Positions 60,079-64,000 of a stretch of DNA of 64,000 nt are shown in pieces; the stretch's first letter is position 1; each line of letters starts with the position of its first letter. Source of the stretch: an uncultured Actinomycetota bacterium (GTDB taxonomy: Bacteria; Actinomycetota; Acidimicrobiia; Spongiisociales; UBA5794); contig CAVQRN010000002.1 of assembly GCA_963715255.1 (NCBI GenBank), positions 495,843 through 559,842 of the forward strand, written 5' to 3'. The translations under genes were made by a program, and so were the position numbers. The notes beneath the pieces were generated by a model. The model did not search any database. It was not told where the DNA came from and was given only the letters and a program-made list of their open reading frames with translations.

Positions 60079-62658
60079 TCAGACGAGATCCTGTTCTCGA
60101 GCGAGCGCTGCAGCTTCCTTCCGTGACGAGACGCCCAGTTTCGTAAGGAGAGCGGACACGTGATGGTCGACCGTCTTGGGCGATACGAAGAGCCGTTCGG
60201 CAATGTCGGTATTGGTCAGCCCGCTGGCCACAAGTTCGAGAACTTCGACTTGTCTCGGGGTGAGACCTGCTGGATGCGACCGGGTCTCCTTTCTTGGGCC
60301 TCGCGGAACGCCTTGGATGCCCATTCGGCGGAGTCGTCGACGCAGCTTCGCGGCCGCCGGGGTCGCTTCCAGTCCATCGAGGATGTCGAGGGCCTCGAGG
60401 AGACGCGGCGGGTCTTCGCTGTCCATGAGTGCGATCGCCTGCTCATATCCACAGCCGATTTGAGCCCACGCGTCCGCTGCTTCTCGCCAGCTTCCGGCGA
60501 TCTGCCGGGCGTAGGGCGTCTCTGGTCCTTGAAGCGGATCGGTGGTGCCGGTTGCGCGCCACATCCAGAAGGCGAGCTCATCGGTGATCCACGGCTGTCG
60601 CGCGGTCAAGGCGAGTTGGTACGCATCGGCGATCGCAGAGCCGATTCCCTGCAAATCGTCACGCAGCCAGGCCAGTTCGGCTCGAGCCGCTGCCACCGGA
60701 GCGATCCTTTGGAGTTCGCCCGTCGGTTCGGCGAGCCGCCAGGCTTCTTCGAGCGTCTTCTCGACTTCTGGTTCACCACGGCGGACGTACAGCCTGGCCA
60801 AGGTCGCGAGGGCGGGCATGTTCGTGATCCCGGGTTCCTCCGGCCGGCCGAGCACCCAGAGAGCATCCCTCTCGGCCTGCGACCAATGACCGCGCTCGAA
60901 ACCCAAGCGGGCGCGTTCCGCGGTTATGTAGTAGATGGACCCTGCAAGCTCCCGATTCCAGGCATAGGCGAGCCCCTCGTCGATGTAGCGCTCTGCTTTG
61001 TCGTACTGGCGGTAGTCGAGGGCGGTCCAGACGAGGTTGGCGTACGCCCGGCCGGCGTGGTCATCGAACTGTTCCCTGACCGAGATTTCGAGGCTTTCTT
61101 CGAGGAGGGCATATCCCTCCATGTCGCCAACGCGCAATCTCGTGCTGCCGAGGTTGTTCAGCGCGTGGGCGAGTGTGTCCTGATCATCGAGCTCTCGCGC
61201 CACGGTGATCGCCTTCGTCGCCCATGCCTCGGCCTCATCGGCTTGCTGGGCAAGCATGAAGACCTGCGCCAGGTTGCTGTAGGCCATCGCCAGTTCTTTC
61301 GATCGACGGACCGAGGTGAGTACCTCGACCGCAGCCAAGCCGGCTTCCACAGCTTTCTCGCTGTGTCCCAGCCACCAGTGCAGTCGGGAGATCCATCGCA
61401 GCACATCCCCTTCTCGGATGGTGACGCCGAGCTCTCGCCACAGCGCGAGCGCCCGTTCAGCCGCCGCCAGTGCTTTGACTGCTTCGTTCGTGAAGTAGCA
61501 CTCGATGGCGTAGTCGGCAAACAGCTGTGCTCGGTCCTCGACGGAGAACTCGGTGGCATATTCGACGGCGATCTGGAAGTGGGCGAGGGCCTCCCGATGT
61601 GCTGCAGCAGCTGATGCTCGTCGCCCTGCCGCTGGGGCGTACCGGGCGATCGCAGCCCCGTCGGAGGCTTGGCGGGCATGGTGAACGATCCGGGCGATAT
61701 CCGCGTTCCGGCTCGCAAGGACCTCGATCGCAAATACATTCAATGCTCGGCGCCGCGAAGGCGTCAGCGACCCCTCCATGGCACCGCGCACAAGCTCGTG
61801 GCGATACCACGCGGCTGTACCGTCGAACTCGATGAGTCCGCGCTGGCGGCATTCATCGAGCGCATCTGATCCGTACTCAGGAAACGCCTCGAGTAACCAG
61901 CGCTCGGTCTGACCCGGCACAACCGAGACCAAGTCGGCTACTGCCCGGCCGGTCGCTGACAAACGTGAGGCTCGGGTTCGAACTGCGTCACGAACGTTGA
62001 TGGGTACATCGCCACCGGGAGCCATCAGCGCCTCGGTAACGAGGAACGGGTTCCCCCGAGTCTTGATGAACAGACCTTCGACGGAGCCCGCGTATCCGGC
62101 TGCGGCCTCCTCAACCGCCGCCATCGACAGCGGCGCCAGATGGATTCGATGCACCGCGGAGGCCGGCAGGTCTCCGACGACGAGCATCAGGGGATGGTCG
62201 TCCGGCACTTCCTCGTCGCGATACGTGAGGATCAGCATCGCCGGGACTCGGTCAATGCGCCGACCCAGGAACTTGAGAACATCGAGGGTGGCTCCGTCGG
62301 CCCAATGGACATCCTCGACGATCACACCGGTCGGGCGACTTCCGTCGGCAAGCACATCGAGGACCGCGTCGAAGACTTTGCCACGCGTCCCTTCACCTAC
62401 CGCGTCCTTCAGGACACCGTCCACTTGGATCGCTATGTCGTGGAATGGTCCGAGCGTCCGCGGGGTCGAGAGGTCGTCGCACACGCCCCACAGGATGCGG
62501 GCATCGTCACGGTGGTTGTGAGAAAACGATTGCACCAATCGGGTCTTGCCGATACCCGCTTCGCCACCGACGAGGACAACGGAGCCGGAACTACGCCCGG
62601 CGTCCTTGAGCGCGTTGTCCAGAACCTCAAGATCTGCCGCTCGTTCGAGAAGGTCCAC
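60079..62658 (-). CDS. Large ATP-binding LuxR-family regulator (AAA + TPR + HTH)
   Basis: GEAGIGKT, VEDVHWAD, TRGNPFLV, GLTPRQVEVL...TVDHHVSALLTKLGV. Confidence 0.92.
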   Translation of the reverse strand: MDLLERAADLEVLDNALKDAGRSSGSVVLVGGEAGIGKTRLVQSFSHNHRDDARILWGVCDDLSTPRTLGPFHDIAIQVDGVLKDAVGEGTRGKVFDAVLDVLADGSRPTGVIVEDVHWADGATLDVLKFLGRRIDRVPAMLILTYRDEEVPDDHPLMLVVGDLPASAVHRIHLAPLSMAAVEEAAAGYAGSVEGLFIKTRGNPFLVTEALMAPGGDVPINVRDAVRTRASRLSATGRAVADLVSVVPGQTERWLLEAFPEYGSDALDECRQRGLIEFDGTAAWYRHELVRGAMEGSLTPSRRRALNVFAIEVLASRNADIARIVHHARQASDGAAIARYAPAAGRRASAAAAHREALAHFQIAVEYATEFSVEDRAQLFADYAIECYFTNEAVKALAAAERALALWRELGVTIREGDVLRWISRLHWWLGHSEKAVEAGLAAVEVLTSVRRSKELAMAYSNLAQVFMLAQQADEAEAWATKAITVARELDDQDTLAHALNNLGSTRLRVGDMEGYALLEESLEISVREQFDDHAGRAYANLVWTALDYRQYDKAERYIDEGLAYAWNRELAGSIYYITAERARLGFERGHWSQAERDALWVLGRPEEPGITNMPALATLARLYVRRGEPEVEKTLEEAWRLAEPTGELQRIAPVAAARAELAWLRDDLQGIGSAIADAYQLALTARQPWITDELAFWMWRATGTTDPLQGPETPYARQIAGSWREAADAWAQIGCGYEQAIALMDSEDPPRLLEALDILDGLEATPAAAKLRRRLRRMGIQGVPRGPRKETRSHPAGLTPRQVEVLELVASGLTNTDIAERLFVSPKTVDHHVSALLTKLGVSSRKEAAALAREQDLV

Positions 62659-62921
62659 ATAGTGAGCGTACTGCGGTCTGCGCGGCGTGTCCCGGCAACG
62701 GACTGCTCGGGTTGCCAACGCCGCCAGCCGACCTCGACCGGTAGGTCGTCCGGAACGCCAACGTACCGCGTGCCTCTTCGAGTCGTGGAGCGATTGGCGC
62801 TGCACGTCCCGAGAGGATCGCTGCGGTGCCGATCACCGTGCTGACAGTGAGCCACCAATAGGCGCCCAACAGGTCCGTCAGATCCGAAATGGACCACTCC
62901 GTGTGGAGGCCTCCGAGGTTC

Positions 62922-63110
62922 TCATACCGCGGTGCGAGGCATCGACGATCGAGGCCTCCTCACCGTATCGGTGACGGTCAACGGCACCGCGAGACTGCGG
63001 CGGCGAAGCCTTCCGGGGAGCCGCAGTGACGCAAACAGCCGCTCAGTTGTTGCTTCACGCTGCCGGTCATGCTGGATGGACTCAATCACCTTGTCTTGCA
63101 TGTAGTACAT
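62922..63110 (-). CDS. Small hypothetical protein upstream of the LuxR regulator
   Basis: AAGGAG RBS; MYYMQDKVIESIQHDRQREA... Confidence 0.5.
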   Translation of the reverse strand: MYYMQDKVIESIQHDRQREATTERLFASLRLPGRLRRRSLAVPLTVTDTVRRPRSSMPRTAV

Positions 63111-63392
63111 CTGAACTCTCCTTCGTTCTTATGTCTGCTCGAGAAGCTCATCGTCTCTCAAGAGCCACCGGTTCGCATCGGAACGAACCCCCCATATTGC
63201 GCCGGCGGTTACCCATGTTGGGATTCATCAGGTGCCCGGCTGAGGTGTGAACCGCACTCGTCGGGGACGGTGGAAGGTGATCCGCAGTCCTTGGACGGAC
63301 GATTTCGGCACGGCAGCGCGCAGTGGAGCACCCGACACGACACAGACATCGACAGCCCGGCCCTACAGTCGGCGCTCGGCATAGGATTGAGC

Positions 63393-64000
63393 ATGACCTC
63401 GACTCCCAGCGGAACCGTGACTTTTCTCTTCACCGACGTTGAAGGCAGCACGCGACGTTGGGAAGAGCATCAAGCCGCCATGAAGGACGCAATGGCGCGT
63501 CACGATGAGATTGTGCGAACGTCGATCGAGTCGGAAGGCGGTGCCGTGTTCACGACCGTTGGCGATGAGTTCTGTTCGGCATTCTCGTCCCCACACCGTG
63601 CTGTCGCTGCTGCACTCGAAACTCAGATGGCATTGAATGCCGAAGTGTGGGGCGAAGTCGCGCCGTTTCGCGTTCGGATGGCCCTCCACACGGGGAATGC
63701 TGACGAGCGGGATGGCGACTACTTCGGACCGCCCCTGAACCGTTGTGCCCGCCTCTTGTCGATCGGACACGGTGGCCAGATACTGACCTCGGCGACGACC
63801 GCCCAGCTTCTGCTCGCCGACTTGCCCGCGAAGGTTCATCTGGACGATTTGGGTGCACACGAGCTCAAGGACCTCGATCGACCCGAGCATGTCTTCCAGA
63901 TCGTGCACCCGGATCTGCCCTCGGACTTCCCCCCCTTGCGTTCCAGCGGGCCGGTCCTGGCGACGGCAGAACTTCTGGCGGAAGGGCGGCGTGCGCATGG
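63393..64000 (+). CDS. Class III adenylate/guanylate cyclase domain protein, truncated by the window end
   Basis: MTSTPSGTVTFLFTDVEGSTRRWE...VGDEFCSAF...VRMALHTG...DYFGPPLNRCARL...GHGGQIL...LKDLDRPE; TAGGAT -10-like hexamer 5 nt upstream. Confidence 0.9.
   Translation, partial: MTSTPSGTVTFLFTDVEGSTRRWEEHQAAMKDAMARHDEIVRTSIESEGGAVFTTVGDEFCSAFSSPHRAVAAALETQMALNAEVWGEVAPFRVRMALHTGNADERDGDYFGPPLNRCARLLSIGHGGQILTSATTAQLLLADLPAKVHLDDLGAHELKDLDRPEHVFQIVHPDLPSDFPPLRSSGPVLATAELLAEGRRAH

Overview
High-GC (actinobacterial, plausibly Acidimicrobiia-like) chromosomal window with no rRNA, tRNA, CRISPR or intact mobile element. The left 16 kb is repair-themed: recC-recB-recD, a lipoprotein-type pcm convergent with a polytopic membrane protein carrying a spermidine-synthase-like domain, then archease-rtcB-Mut7-C RNase-RecQ/PRTase. 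It continues with a nitrilase, a 7-heme beads-on-a-string surface cytochrome c, an M15 peptidase/FG-GAP protein, a Bcr/CflA MFS pump, lon (with a SigR/SigH-type promoter), a TMADH/histamine-dehydrogenase-like flavoenzyme, F420/LLM oxidoreductases, an ECF sigma/anti-sigma/lipoprotein cassette, a yceI-dioxygenase/marR unit with three operator palindromes, two LuxR regulators and a cyclase gene cut by the window end. Many genes carry frameshifts, probably consensus errors. Best novelty candidates: a tiny Cys-rich ORF whose UGA is followed by a SECIS-like hairpin and an in-frame His-rich tail (candidate selenoprotein), the modular cytochrome, the exported Pcm module, and two pairs of duplicated micro-proteins with conserved upstream motifs. 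All calls come from motif reading by eye; no searches were run.
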